Of a stretch of DNA of 64,000 nucleotides, positions 10,487-21,486 are shown in pieces. The DNA lies in assembly GCA_943787795.1 (NCBI GenBank), contig CALSNU010000004.1, positions 640,001 to 704,000 of the forward strand, given 5' to 3'. The stretch comes from an uncultured bacterium (GTDB lineage Bacteria > Planctomycetota > UBA1135 > GCA-002686595). Under the pieces are notes generated by a model. That model was not told where the DNA came from. It saw nothing but the letters and a program-made list of their open reading frames with translations, and did no database searches. Every line of letters begins with the position of its first letter. The first letter of the stretch is position 1. Made by a program: the position numbers and the translations under genes.

Positions 10487-10825
10487 GCCGCCAAGGATGC
10501 ACCTGGAGGGCGCCTCGTCGGGCCCGCTCGATCCGGTCTCCCGGTGAGAATTCCGTGAGACCCGCGCCGGGCGCCGCCGGGCCAGCCCCAGCGCTCTCGG
10601 CGGGTGAACCGCCGCCCGAACCGCTCTGCGGCGCCCAGGAGGCCGCCTCTGCCGCTTGTATGAGCCGCGGGGAACCTCCTCCCATGAAGGTGCGTCTATC
10701 TGAGATGGCCGCGGAGGCTCGCGCCCCTTGGCGCGTGGACCGCGTACTTTTTGACGGCGAACATCCGCTCGCGCCTCCGCGAGCCGGCCCGCCTGGCTCC
10801 TGTCCGTCCTTCCAGATCTTCCTCC

Positions 10826-12790
10826 ATGCTGTCGATCCTCACGACCCTCGCTCTCGCCGCCGCCCCCCAAGCGGTCGATCCCATCGGCAGCCTCCAGCGC
10901 CTCGCCGTCCCCACCGACCCCGAGGGCACCGTTGTGATCTCGGTGGAGCTGGACGGCCAGCCCGCTGACCTCCTCCTTGAGCGCTACTCGCTGCGCGCCG
11001 GCGACTTCCAGCTGCTCGTCTCTCGCCCTGACGGTTCCCTGGCCCCGATGCCCGCTCCCCGCCCGAACACCTGGCGAGGCGAGGTCCCCGGATGGCCCGA
11101 CACCATCGTGACGGCGACCATCAACCACGAGGGCCTCTCGGCGGTCGTCGCCGACTACGCCACCGATCGCGAGTGGCAGATCCAGCCGGCGGCCGGACTC
11201 CCGGCCGGGACCTACTCGGTGGCGCGCGCCAGCGACCTCCCGGCCACCGGCGGCGTCTGCGGCGTCGGGAACCAGGTCGGCTCCCAAGGCACCAACAACG
11301 GGCCCGCGACGAGCAATCTAGGGACGGGCCTCCAGCTCTGCGAGATCGCCTTCGACGCGGACTTCGAGTTCTACCAGCGCAATGGCAACAGCGTTCAGGC
11401 CACGATCGACGACATCGAACGGATCATGAACCGGGTCGACACGATCTACGTACGCGACGTGGACGTCACGATTCAGCTGACGGGCATCGTGGTGCGGAGC
11501 ACCTCCGCCGACCCGTACACGACCAGCGACGCAGGCCAGCTCCTCGACCAGTTCCGTAACCACTGGAACCAGAACTTCACCGGCATTCGGCGCGACCTCG
11601 CGCACCTGTTCACCGGCCGTAACGTCAACGGCGGCACGATCGGCATCGCCTACCTCGGCGTCGTCTGCAGCCAGAGCGTCGGCTACGGCCTCTCCGAGTC
11701 GCGCTTCACCAACAACCTGGTGAACCGCACGGGCCTGACCGCCCACGAGATGGGTCACAACTTCAACTCCAATCACTGCGACGGCAACGGTGACTGTCGG
11801 ATCATGTGCTCCGGCCTTGGGGGCTGTAACAACGACGTCACGCGCTTCGGGACGGCCAGCGCCAACGGGATCCGCAGCTACGCCATCAACCGCCCCTGCC
11901 TGCTCGACCTCTCGCCCCCTCTCGCCCTGCCGGTCACCGACACCTTCCCCGCCACCCAGCTGAACCGCGACATCTGGATCACGTTCCAGGGCACGGACAT
12001 CACCAACGCGGCGGTCAACGAGCCCTCCCCGCCGTACTCGATCCGCCTCAACGCTCAGAGCTCAACGACGCTCAAGGACGACCGGCTGATCTCCAACAAG
12101 CTGCTTCTCGACGGCCTCAACAACGCGTCCGTCAGCTTCTACTCGCAGCACCGCGGTGTGCCCGCCGGCGGCGCGATTGACGTGGAGATCCTCGACTCGA
12201 GCAACGACTGGATCCTCCTCGAGCGGGTCGTCTCCAACGGCGTCGACGAGTCCAACTTCACCTTCCATCAGATCGCGGTGCCTGCTGGCGCCTACTTCGA
12301 TGAGGCGCAGGTCCGCATCACCGCCGACGTGGATAGCGGCAGCCAGAACTGGTACATCGACGACTTCGAGGTGACGGACAACACCTGCGGCGGCGTCACC
12401 AACTTCTGCTTCGGCAACCCCAACTCGGCCAGCATCAATGGGGCGAATATCACCACCCTCGGCTCCACCAACCTGGCCGCCAACGACCTCACGTTGCTGA
12501 CAACGAGCTGCCCGGTCGGGAGCTTCGGCATCTACATCTTCGGCGACCAGCAGACCCAGGTCTTCCTCGGGAACGGGTTCCTCTGCGTCACCGGGAACCC
12601 GCTCTATCGCCTCGGGATCGCCCAGGCCGACATCTTCGGCACGAGCTTCCTGTCGATCGATAACCAGAACCTCCCCGGCGGGCTGATGATCAGCCCAGGC
12701 GACACCTACAACGCGCAGCTGTGGTACCGCGACTCTGTCGGGGCCGGCTTCAACCTGAGCAACGGCGTCGAGATCAACTTCTGCCCCTGA
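10826..12790 (+). CDS. Secreted M12B/reprolysin-like zinc metallopeptidase with shared C-terminal domain
   Basis: Signal peptide MLSILTTLALAAA; HEMGHNFNSNH zinc motif and IMC Met-turn; C-terminus ...YNAQLWYRD...FNLSNGVEINFCP. Confidence 0.88.
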   Translation: MLSILTTLALAAAPQAVDPIGSLQRLAVPTDPEGTVVISVELDGQPADLLLERYSLRAGDFQLLVSRPDGSLAPMPAPRPNTWRGEVPGWPDTIVTATINHEGLSAVVADYATDREWQIQPAAGLPAGTYSVARASDLPATGGVCGVGNQVGSQGTNNGPATSNLGTGLQLCEIAFDADFEFYQRNGNSVQATIDDIERIMNRVDTIYVRDVDVTIQLTGIVVRSTSADPYTTSDAGQLLDQFRNHWNQNFTGIRRDLAHLFTGRNVNGGTIGIAYLGVVCSQSVGYGLSESRFTNNLVNRTGLTAHEMGHNFNSNHCDGNGDCRIMCSGLGGCNNDVTRFGTASANGIRSYAINRPCLLDLSPPLALPVTDTFPATQLNRDIWITFQGTDITNAAVNEPSPPYSIRLNAQSSTTLKDDRLISNKLLLDGLNNASVSFYSQHRGVPAGGAIDVEILDSSNDWILLERVVSNGVDESNFTFHQIAVPAGAYFDEAQVRITADVDSGSQNWYIDDFEVTDNTCGGVTNFCFGNPNSASINGANITTLGSTNLAANDLTLLTTSCPVGSFGIYIFGDQQTQVFLGNGFLCVTGNPLYRLGIAQADIFGTSFLSIDNQNLPGGLMISPGDTYNAQLWYRDSVGAGFNLSNGVEINFCP

Positions 12791-12812
12791 GCCCAGCGCC
12801 CCACCTCGCTTG

Positions 12813-12846
12813 AGAGCCCCCGCCGGACCGATCCGGCGGGGGCTCT
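12813..12846 (+). terminator. GC-rich hairpin, probable terminator
   Basis: Perfect 15-bp stem AGAGCCCCCGCCGGA/TCCGGCGGGGGCTCT with 4-nt loop after the protease stop; short U-tract. Confidence 0.7.
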
Positions 12847-12935
12847 TGTCGTCCGTGGCGATCCTCCCGCAGAGGGCACGCCGGATGTGCTACATCTCTG
12901 CGGCGGTGCCATGACGGGCAGCGCGCCCCTCCCCC

Positions 12936-13553
12936 ATGAAGAAGCTCTCCCTGCTCCTCCTCTCCCTGGCCATCGTGGCCGTCGTCGCGACCTCCCTCGG
13001 CGGCTGCTCCTCGACCATCGAGAACCGCGACCCCTCGGGCGAGCCCTTCCCCTCGGTCGAGGCCACCTCCCTCGCGGGCGAGGCGGTCAAGATCCCCGAG
13101 GACTTCGCTGGCGCCCCGGTCCTGCTCCTCGTGGGGTACGTCCAGGGGACGCAGTTCGACATCGATCGCTGGCTCTACGGCGCCATCGACGCCGAGCTCG
13201 AGATCGCGCTCCGGGAGGTCCCCGCAGCCCGCGGCGCGGCGGCGAGCCTCGCCAAGGGCTTCATCGACTCAGGGATGCAGCGCGGCATCCCCAGGGATGA
13301 ATGGGGCGCGGTCACGACGACCTACGGCGACGCGGCGGAGGCCATCGGGCGGTTCACCGGAACCGAGAGGCCCCGTAACGCCCGTGTCCTGCTGCTCGAT
13401 TCGAACGGCATGGTCCGGTGGTTCTACGACCAGGGCTACTCAGCGATGAAGCTCAAGGCGCTGGAAGCCGCCGTGAAAGACGTCGCCGCACCGGCTCCCG
13501 ATGCCGATGCCGATGCCGATGCCAATATTGACGCGGACACCGACGCCGAGTGA
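12936..13553 (+). CDS. Lipoprotein with thioredoxin-like fold (no CxxC)
   Basis: Lipobox LGGC; FPSVEATSLAGEAVKIPED, VLLLDSNGMVRW. Confidence 0.7.
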   Translation: MKKLSLLLLSLAIVAVVATSLGGCSSTIENRDPSGEPFPSVEATSLAGEAVKIPEDFAGAPVLLLVGYVQGTQFDIDRWLYGAIDAELEIALREVPAARGAAASLAKGFIDSGMQRGIPRDEWGAVTTTYGDAAEAIGRFTGTERPRNARVLLLDSNGMVRWFYDQGYSAMKLKALEAAVKDVAAPAPDADADADANIDADTDAE

Positions 13554-13578
13554 GGGCCTGCGACCCACCCCACCCACC

Positions 13579-14481
13579 ATGGAACGCCCCTCTATCCGAC
13601 AGCTTGAGTATCTGGTCGCCGTCGCGGACCACCTGAACTTCCGCGAGGCTGCAGCGTCCTGCCACGTCACCCAGCCGGCGCTCAGCACCCAGCTCCAGCA
13701 GCTCGAGGCGCTCCTCGGTGTGCAGCTATTCGAGCGCGATACGCGGCGCGTGGTCGCCACGGCAGCGGGCGTCCAGCTGGCCCAGGAGGCACGGGGGATC
13801 CTCTCAGCCACAGACCACCTGCTCGACTCGGCCCGGGCGGCTGGCGAGCCGCTCGCCGGCAGGTTGCGGCTCGGCGTGATCCCCACGGTGGCCCCCTACC
13901 TCCTGCCGGCCGTGGTCCGGGCCGCGCGCGACGCTCACCCCGACCTGGTCCTCCTGCTCCAGGAAGACCAGACCGACCGTATCGTCCAGCGCCTCCATTC
14001 AGGAGAGCTCGACATGCTGCTGCTCGCTCTCGACGTGGACCTGCGCGGCGCTTCGGAGCTGCCCCTCTTCAGCGATCCGTTTGTCCTCGCATGCCCCGAC
14101 GGGCACCCCCTGGCCTCAGGCGGCGTCTTGACGGAAGGCGACCTCGATGGCGAGTCCGTGCTCCTGCTGGAGGAGGGTCATTGCCTGCGCGACCACGCCC
14201 TGCCCATCTGCAAGTCGGCGGGCATGACCGAGTACGCCGACTTCCGCGCCACGAGCCTGGGGACCCTGCTCCAGATGGTGGGTGCCGGGATCGGCGTCAC
14301 CCTCGTACCTGAGATGGCCATCGCCGGAGAGCGCAACTGCAACCCCGGCGTGACCTTCCGCCCCTTCGACGAGGGCGGGCCGTCACGCTCTATCGGCGTG
14401 GCGTGGCGAAAGAGCTCCGCTCGCAAGGAGGAGTTCAACGCTCTGGCCGAGACGATCCGCTCCGCGCACCTCGCGGACTGA
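13579..14481 (+). CDS. oxyR: LysR-family regulator, OxyR-like (hydrogen peroxide-inducible activator)
   Basis: HTH RQLEYLVAVADHLNFREAA...QPALSTQ; LRLGVIPTVAPYLLP; LLEEGHCLRDHALPIC with both redox Cys; ATSLGTL. Confidence 0.85.
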   Translation: MERPSIRQLEYLVAVADHLNFREAAASCHVTQPALSTQLQQLEALLGVQLFERDTRRVVATAAGVQLAQEARGILSATDHLLDSARAAGEPLAGRLRLGVIPTVAPYLLPAVVRAARDAHPDLVLLLQEDQTDRIVQRLHSGELDMLLLALDVDLRGASELPLFSDPFVLACPDGHPLASGGVLTEGDLDGESVLLLEEGHCLRDHALPICKSAGMTEYADFRATSLGTLLQMVGAGIGVTLVPEMAIAGERNCNPGVTFRPFDEGGPSRSIGVAWRKSSARKEEFNALAETIRSAHLAD

Positions 14482-14501
14482 GCGCGAGCTCCACGCTCCC
14501 G

Positions 14502-15546
14502 TCAGGGGGAGACGGCGCCCGCGAGGTGGTAGTTGAGCCAGATGAACTGGGGCATCCAGTGCGACACCACGGCGAAGTCCCCGTCCCAGAGCTCGCGCCG
14601 CTCGAGGAGCTCTGCGAGCGCCTGATCCAGCTCCGCCGCGGCAGCAGAGTCCCGCGCTGCACGCAGCGACAGCGGCCAGAGCCGCGAGGCGTGCACCCCG
14701 AGCAGGTGCGTCGTCCTCATCGTCACCTCCTGGGGGAGCACGACCCGCTGATCCAGCGCGTAGGGCTCCAGCGGCGGGTCAAACGGCACGACAGAGCCCA
14801 CGAGGTAGCCCAGCGTGGGGACCCAGAGGAACTCGAAGGACCGCGGATCCACCGGGGTGACCAGCTGGGCGCGCCAGGGTGCGAGCCGCTCCTCGCGCAT
14901 CTGAAGGAGCCGCGCTCGGCCGCCCTCCGTGACGCTCCCTGCCGCCATGACCTGGTACCAGGTGAAGGCCCAGGAAGAGTAGTAGCCGATCACTCCCCGC
15001 CCCTCGATGCGGCCATCTCCCTCGAGCTCAGGGAAGGGAGCGGTCTCGAGGAAGTCGAGCAGTTGAAGCTCGGTCTCCTCCCGGAACGCGCGCGTCGTGG
15101 GCGCGACCTCTCGGTGCTGCTCAAGCTCCGCGAGCAGGCGTAGGAGCCAGCACTGCCCGTAGCTGTAGGTCAGCCGCCCCTCGAGCTCCGCCGCCATCAG
15201 GCGTTCTCGCTCCTCGGCCAGCGCCTCGGCAGGTAGCCGCCCGAGGATGCGCTCGGCGCGCAGGCTGTCGCCGTCCCGCCGCGCCTGCGCGAGGAGCGCC
15301 CAGTGCGCGAAGATGCAGGAGTGCCAGTCGTAGGAGCCGTCGAAGAGCGACCCTTGGCCGCCAACGCGCGCGACGAGGTTGGCGCTCGGCTCGGCCCGGT
15401 CGAGGCCGGCCTCCATCACGTCGAGGAGGCCAGGGATGTAGGGCGCGGAGGCCGGGAGCGCCGGGGGGGGGCATGGCAGGCGGCGCGCTACACACGAGGG
15501 ACCCCCAGAGCAGAGCGGCCCCAGCCAGGTGTCGAATCGCGCTCAC
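14502..15546 (-). CDS. DUF2891-like protein; N-terminal signal-like segment separated by an apparent +1 frameshift at G9 (15463-15471)
   Basis: FDGSYDWHSCIFAHW, YGQCWLLRL, SHWMPQF. GTG 15546 overlaps the RND stop and encodes a hydrophobic leader one base out of frame with ORF 14502..15419. Confidence 0.6.
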
Positions 15547-18500
15547 TGCTCCGCAGCGACACCGCTCTCCCCGCCGTCGGTGCTCGCGGCCCCGTCGGTC
15601 ACCGCGGGCGTGACAGCGCCGCCGCCGAAGCGCTCGGCGAGTCCCTGGATCATCCTGTAGAGCGACGGCGTGAGGACGAGCCCCAGGATCGTGGCGAGGA
15701 TCATCCCGAAGAACACCGTCACGCCGAGGGCGACACGTGAGCCGGCGCCCGCGCCCGTGGCGAGGACCAGCGGCGCCGTGCCGAAGACGAACGAGACCAC
15801 GGTCATGAGGATCGGCCGGAAGCGCAGGCGCGAGGCCTCGATCGCGGCGTCCACCACGCCGAGGCCCGACTCGCGCTGCTCCTTCGCGAACTCGACGATC
15901 AGGATCGCGTTCTTGGAGATGAGCGCGATCAGCAGGACGATGCCGATCTGGGTGTAGACGTTGTTGCCGAAGGGCGTGAGCATCGTCCCCAGCGCCGCAC
16001 CCAGCAGGCCCAGCGGCACCGCCAGGATGATCGCCAGGGGGAGCATCCAGGACTCGTACTGCGCAGCGAGCACCAGGAAGACCAGGAAGATCGCGAGGAG
16101 GAAGATCGCGCCGGCCCCGCCGGTCGCCTCCTTCTCCTGATACGACAGGCCGTTCCACGCGATCCCGAAGTTAGGGCCCGGGAGCACCTGATTCTTGACC
16201 CCTTCGATGATGTCCAGCGACTGGCCAGAGCTGGTCCCCGGCGCGGCGCTGCCCTTGATCGAGGCGCTCGGGTAGAGGTTGAAGCGGACGATCGAGGCGG
16301 GCCCGACGCGGTCCTCCACCTTGGCCACGGAGGCCATCGGGATGATTCGCCCGTCGCTCGTTCCCATGCGGAGCTTGCCGATATCCGAGGGGACCGAGCG
16401 GGTGTCGGCCTCCCCCTGCAGGTTGACCTGGTAGGTCCGCCCGAACTCGTTGAAGTCGTTGGCGTAGGCCGAGCCCAGGTAGGTCTGCAGCGTGCTGAAG
16501 ACCGTCTGCAGGGAGATCCCCATCTGCTTGACCTTGTCCCGATCCACGTCGACGTAGAGCTGGGGCACCGAGGCGCGCAGGCTCGAGTTGACCCGCATCA
16601 GGGTCGGCTGCTGGTTGCCGCCGTCGACCAGCGCGTCAGCCGCCTTGGACAGGTTGGCGATGCCGCCGCCCGAGCGATCCTGGAGCTGCATGTCGAAGCC
16701 GCCGACCAGGCCCACGCCCGGAATCGAGGGCACCGGGAAGGCGAAGATCTGGGCGTCCGGGATCTGGTGGAAGCGGGCCATGAGGCCGGTGATGATCCCG
16801 CGCAGGCCGGTCTCCGGCGTCGTGCGCTCGTCCCATGGGTCCAGCGTCACGATGAAGCTCACCGTGGACGCGCTCGCGGCGCCGTCGATCAGCGAGTAGC
16901 CGATCAGCGCCACGCTCGCGTCGACGCCGGGCGTCTTGCTCAGCACGGCGTCCACCTTCTGGCCGACCGCGCGGGTCCGCTCCTTCGACGCCGCGTCGGG
17001 CAGCTGCGCGGAGACGATCAGGTAGCCCATGTCCTCCTGGGGCACGAAGCCCGTGGGGAGCTGCGAGAAGGTGTAGCCCCCTGCGAAGACGACGCTCAGG
17101 AAGACGACGAGGCTGATGGCGAACTTGCGCACCGCCATGCCGACCACCCCGACGTAGCCCTTGGTCGTGAGGCCGAGGAGCCAGTTGAACCCGCGGTAGA
17201 AGAAGTTCTTCTTCTGCTTCGCCGGCCGCATCAGGATCGCGCACAGGGCGGGGCTCAGGCTCAGCGCGTTGATCGAGCTGAAGACCGTGGCCGCGGAGAT
17301 CGTCAGGCCGAACTGCTTGAACATCACCCCGACAAGGCCGGGCATGAAGGAGGTCGGGACGAACACCGCGAGCAGGACCAGCGTCGTCGCGACGATCGGC
17401 CCGGTGACCTCCTCCATCGCCTTCAGCGCCGCGTCCTTGGACGAGAGCCCGCTGTCGATGTTCCGCGCCACGTTCTCCACCACCACGATCGCATCGTCCA
17501 CGACGATGCCGATCGCTAGCACGATACCGAACAGCGACAGCGTGTTCAGGGAGAAGCCCAGCGCGGACATGACCGCGAAGGTGCCGATCAGCGAGACGGG
17601 GATCGTCACGGCCGGAATCAGGGTCGCCCGGAAGTCCTGCAGGAAGACGAGGACCGTCAGGATGACCAGCACCGCCGCGATGAAGAGCGTGCTGATGATC
17701 TCCGCGATGGACGCGCGGACGACGTCCGCCGCGTCGTAGGTCACCTGGGCGCTGAGGTCGTTCGGGAAGCTGGCCCGGGTCGTCTCGATGAGCTCAGCCA
17801 CCTGGTCCGAGATCTGGATGAGGTTGGCGCCCGGGAGCTGGTAGATCGCGATGTTCGCCGCGGGGCGTCCGTTCAGGGACGAGCCCATCACGTAGTTCTT
17901 CGCTCCAAGCTCCACCCGCGCGATCTCTCCCACGCGCAGCACACGGCCGTCCTTGCCCGTTCGGACGACGATGTTCTCGAACTCCTTGACCGTCTTGAGG
18001 CGGCCCTTGGTCGACACCGTGTACTCGAACTCCGTCCCGGCCGGCGCCGGGTCCTCGCCGATCTTGCCGGCCGCCACCTGTACGTTCTGCTCCTGGATCG
18101 CCGACAGAACATCACTGGGCGTCAGGCTCCGAGCCTCGAGCTCGAAGGGGTCAAGCCACAGGCGCATGGAGTAGTCCGACGCGCCGAAGATCTGCGCGTC
18201 CCCCACCCCGTAGATGCGCTTCAGCTCATCGCGCAGGTTGAGCGAGGCCCAGTTCGCCAGGTAGACGTCGTCCAGGCTCCCGCCAGGCGAGTACACCGAG
18301 ATCATCTGGGCGAAGTCCGGCATCTTCTTGTTCGTCGTGATGCCGAGCCGGCGAACATCCTCCGGGAGGCTGGGCTCCGCCGAGGAGACGCGGTTCTGCA
18401 CCTGGACGGACGCGATGTCGAGGTCGGTCCCCGGCTCGAAGGTGATGGTCAGCGTGTAGCTGCCGTCCGACGCGGAGATGCTCGACATGTAGAGCATCTT

Positions 18501-18722
18501 CTCGACACCGTTGACCTCCTGCTCGATGGGCGCAGCCACGGTGTCGGCGACGACCTTGGCATCCGCACCGGGGTAGTTCGCCTTCACCGCGATCGTCGGC
18601 GGCGCGAGCTCGGGGTACTGCGCGATCGGGAGCTTGACCAGCGCCGTGACCCCCATCGTGATCACGATGATGGAGACCACCGTCGCGAAGATCGGACGGA
18701 GAATGAAGAACTTGGAGAGCAT
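15543..18722 (-). CDS. RND efflux permease, HAE1 family (AcrB/MexF-like)
   Basis: FFILRPIFA, LPIAQYPELAPP, GIVVDDAIVVVENV, KNAILIVEFA, RFRPILMT. Confidence 0.95.
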   Translation of the reverse strand: MLSKFFILRPIFATVVSIIVITMGVTALVKLPIAQYPELAPPTIAVKANYPGADAKVVADTVAAPIEQEVNGVEKMLYMSSISASDGSYTLTITFEPGTDLDIASVQVQNRVSSAEPSLPEDVRRLGITTNKKMPDFAQMISVYSPGGSLDDVYLANWASLNLRDELKRIYGVGDAQIFGASDYSMRLWLDPFELEARSLTPSDVLSAIQEQNVQVAAGKIGEDPAPAGTEFEYTVSTKGRLKTVKEFENIVVRTGKDGRVLRVGEIARVELGAKNYVMGSSLNGRPAANIAIYQLPGANLIQISDQVAELIETTRASFPNDLSAQVTYDAADVVRASIAEIISTLFIAAVLVILTVLVFLQDFRATLIPAVTIPVSLIGTFAVMSALGFSLNTLSLFGIVLAIGIVVDDAIVVVENVARNIDSGLSSKDAALKAMEEVTGPIVATTLVLLAVFVPTSFMPGLVGVMFKQFGLTISAATVFSSINALSLSPALCAILMRPAKQKKNFFYRGFNWLLGLTTKGYVGVVGMAVRKFAISLVVFLSVVFAGGYTFSQLPTGFVPQEDMGYLIVSAQLPDAASKERTRAVGQKVDAVLSKTPGVDASVALIGYSLIDGAASASTVSFIVTLDPWDERTTPETGLRGIITGLMARFHQIPDAQIFAFPVPSIPGVGLVGGFDMQLQDRSGGGIANLSKAADALVDGGNQQPTLMRVNSSLRASVPQLYVDVDRDKVKQMGISLQTVFSTLQTYLGSAYANDFNEFGRTYQVNLQGEADTRSVPSDIGKLRMGTSDGRIIPMASVAKVEDRVGPASIVRFNLYPSASIKGSAAPGTSSGQSLDIIEGVKNQVLPGPNFGIAWNGLSYQEKEATGGAGAIFLLAIFLVFLVLAAQYESWMLPLAIILAVPLGLLGAALGTMLTPFGNNVYTQIGIVLLIALISKNAILIVEFAKEQRESGLGVVDAAIEASRLRFRPILMTVVSFVFGTAPLVLATGAGAGSRVALGVTVFFGMILATILGLVLTPSLYRMIQGLAERFGGGAVTPAVTDGAASTDGGESGVAAEQ

Positions 18723-18735
18723 CTAGATGGCCCCG

Positions 18736-19857
18736 TCAGCTGTCCTGCTTGATCTGGACCGGGGCCCCTGGCCGCGCCGACATCATGCCGTTGACGATGA
18801 CGCTGTCCGTCCCGTCCACGCCGGACAGGATCACGAGCCCGTCTTCCGTCTGGGGCCCGACCTTCACCGAGCGGCGCTCCACGACGTCGTCCTTGCCGAC
18901 GACGAACAGATAGGGCCCCTGCTGGTCCCGGCCGAGGGCCACCTCGGGGACGATGATCGCGTCCTTGATCGTGCCCGCCTGGAGCCGGATGAGGACGAAG
19001 AGCCCGCCCTTCAGCTTGCCCTCCGAGTTGTCGAACTTGGCGCGAATACGCAGCGTCCCGGTCTCGAGGTCCACCTCGGGGTCCACGTAGTCGACCCGAC
19101 CCTGGAAGGGGAAGCCCTCGTCGATCTCACGGGCCAGCTCGATCGGCGGCAGCTTGTCGAGCGCCTCGCGCACGCGGCCCTCCTTCTCGTCCTTCGCCGA
19201 GTACTCAAGCATGACCCGGTCCGACAGCGTGAACCACGCGTCGATCTTGGAGTCGTCGTAGATCTTCGTCAGCGCCGAGGTCCCCAGGCCGCCGACGAGG
19301 CTGCCGACGAAGTACTTGCTCTGCTCAGCGCGGCCGTCGATCGGGGCGTAGATCTCGGTGTACGAGACATCCAGCTGCTTGATCGCCAGGTTCTTGGTGG
19401 CGACCTTGACGTTCTCCACCGCCACCTTGTGCTTGGCCCGCGCCTCGAGCGCCTGCAGCTCGGAGACCGCACGATCCTTGTAGGCCTTCTCGAGCCGCGT
19501 CGCGGTGACGTCGGCGAGCTCGGCCTGGGCCTTCATGCTCAGGAGCTGCGCAGCGGCGGCGTCCCTGGCGGCGGCGAAGGGCGCTGGATCGATGCGGAAC
19601 ATCAGATCGCCGGTCTTCACCGGTTGGCCCTCCTCATGCGCGATCTCCTCCAGGACGCCGTCGACCCGCGCGCGGATCTCGACCGTCTGGACCGCCTCCG
19701 TCTGACCGCTCACCACCTCGTACCTGGTGATGTCCTTCACGAGAGGTTTCTGGACCTCTACGACGGGGGGCTTGGGAGTGATCGGCGCCGGCTTGTCGCG
19801 GCAGCCAGCGAGGCCGCCGAGCAGCCCGGCAGAGAGGAGTAGGGTGGCCGTCTTCAT
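18736..19857 (-). CDS. RND periplasmic adaptor (membrane fusion) lipoprotein
   Basis: Lipobox LAGC; VEIRARVDG, YTEIYAPIDG, TGTLRIRA. Confidence 0.93.
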   Translation of the reverse strand: MKTATLLLSAGLLGGLAGCRDKPAPITPKPPVVEVQKPLVKDITRYEVVSGQTEAVQTVEIRARVDGVLEEIAHEEGQPVKTGDLMFRIDPAPFAAARDAAAAQLLSMKAQAELADVTATRLEKAYKDRAVSELQALEARAKHKVAVENVKVATKNLAIKQLDVSYTEIYAPIDGRAEQSKYFVGSLVGGLGTSALTKIYDDSKIDAWFTLSDRVMLEYSAKDEKEGRVREALDKLPPIELAREIDEGFPFQGRVDYVDPEVDLETGTLRIRAKFDNSEGKLKGGLFVLIRLQAGTIKDAIIVPEVALGRDQQGPYLFVVGKDDVVERRSVKVGPQTEDGLVILSGVDGTDSVIVNGMMSARPGAPVQIKQDS

Positions 19858-19929
19858 TACCCTGAGAGGGTAGGTGTATTGGCGAGCCAGCCACAGAGTA
19901 GGGACACATTTCTGCTACCGTTCCCAGCG

Positions 19930-21486
19930 ATGACGTTCCAACTCCAGCCGCTCAGAAGCAGCTTTGTCCCGATGGCGCTCGCCGCCGCGCTCCTGCTGCC
20001 GTCCTGCAAGGTCGGGCCCGACTATGAGGAGCCCGTTCTAGAGGAAGGCGTGATCGAGGAGTCGTTCGCCGCGATCGACGACGACCCTGCCTACACCCCA
20101 GGGCAGACGGATATCACCGAATGGTGGGCGGTCTTCAACGACCCGGTGCTGACCTCGCTCATCGAGCGAGCCCAGGCGGGCAACAAGGACCTGAAGGTGG
20201 CGCTCGCGCGAGTCGAGGAGGCCAGAACCAGGGTCGACTATGCCAAGGGTGCCAGGTGGCCCGCGCTCACCCTCGGCGGCGGCGCCGGGATCTCGAGCAA
20301 CCAGTTCACCGGCTTCAAGTCTGAGACCGTCTCATCGTTGAAGGCAGAGGCCGCCTGGGAGCTCGATGTCTTCGGGCGTATCGCGCGTCAGATCGAGTCG
20401 GACGAGGCCAACTTCGAGGCCAGCGAGGAGGACCTCCGTGACGTCCAGGTCAGCCTGCTGGCCGAGGTCGCCGGTGCGTACATCTCCGTCCGCGCGCTCC
20501 AGATGCAGCTGCAGAGCGCGGAGAAGAACCTGGCGAGCCAGAAGAACATCCTGGAGCTGACGCGCTCCCGCGCGGCGAACGGGATCTCCTCGGACCTTGA
20601 CCTCGCCCGATCCGAGAGCCTCTACGCCGCCTCCGAGGCGGCCCTGCCTCCGCTCAGGGTGAGCCTCAGCCAGGCGATCTACACCCTTGGCGTGCTCATC
20701 GGTAAGAACCCCACCACCCTCCAGGCGGAGCTCACGGCCCCCGGCCCGATCCCCGTCCCCCCCAGCGAGGTCACGGTGGGCGTCCCCGCCGACCTGCTCC
20801 GGCAGCGCCCGGACATCCGCGCGGCCGAGCGCCGCCTCGCGGCCCAGACCGCCCGCGTCGGCGTCGCCACCGCCGACCTGTACCCGACCTTCGGGATCGG
20901 GGGCTCCTTCGGCGTCGGGAACGCCGCGGGCGGCAGCCTCCTGGGCGCAGGCAACACCGCCTACACCGTGGGCCCCGGGATCGGCAACTGGACGCTCTTC
21001 AGCGGCGGCCGGATCAGGAACCTCATCAAGGCCGAGGACATTCGAGTGGAGCAGGCCCTCCTCCGCTACGAGGACACGGTCCTCAACGCGCTGCTCGAGG
21101 TCGAGACCGCGCTGACCTCCTTCAGCCAGCAGGGTGACCGCGTCGGCGCCCTCGGCCGCGCCTCAGCCGCGTCCACCCAGGCCCTCCAGCTCGCCACGGG
21201 TCTCTACGAGCAAGGGCTGATCGACTACGAGCAGCTCCTCGACGTACAGCGAGATCTCCTCAACCAGGACATCGAGCTCTTCAGCGCCCGGGGCGAGGCC
21301 GCCAGCTCCCTCGTTCAGCTCTACCGCGCCATGGGCGGCGGCTGGAACCCGGAGGAGGTCGAGGCGGAGCCCGGGGCCGAGGAGGAGCTCCCCACCGAGG
21401 AGGAGCCGACCGAGGGGGATGAGTCGTCGACGCCCGCAGCCGCTGCCCCCTCACAGGGCAGCGAGGGCGACGCGGACAAGGGCTGA
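19930..21486 (+). CDS. Outer-membrane efflux factor (NodT/OprN-like lipoprotein)
   Basis: SCKVGPDY, WWAVFNDPVL, WELDVFGR, LLRQRPDIRAAERRLAA, LYRAMGGGW. Confidence 0.92.
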   Translation: MTFQLQPLRSSFVPMALAAALLLPSCKVGPDYEEPVLEEGVIEESFAAIDDDPAYTPGQTDITEWWAVFNDPVLTSLIERAQAGNKDLKVALARVEEARTRVDYAKGARWPALTLGGGAGISSNQFTGFKSETVSSLKAEAAWELDVFGRIARQIESDEANFEASEEDLRDVQVSLLAEVAGAYISVRALQMQLQSAEKNLASQKNILELTRSRAANGISSDLDLARSESLYAASEAALPPLRVSLSQAIYTLGVLIGKNPTTLQAELTAPGPIPVPPSEVTVGVPADLLRQRPDIRAAERRLAAQTARVGVATADLYPTFGIGGSFGVGNAAGGSLLGAGNTAYTVGPGIGNWTLFSGGRIRNLIKAEDIRVEQALLRYEDTVLNALLEVETALTSFSQQGDRVGALGRASAASTQALQLATGLYEQGLIDYEQLLDVQRDLLNQDIELFSARGEAASSLVQLYRAMGGGWNPEEVEAEPGAEEELPTEEEPTEGDESSTPAAAAPSQGSEGDADKG

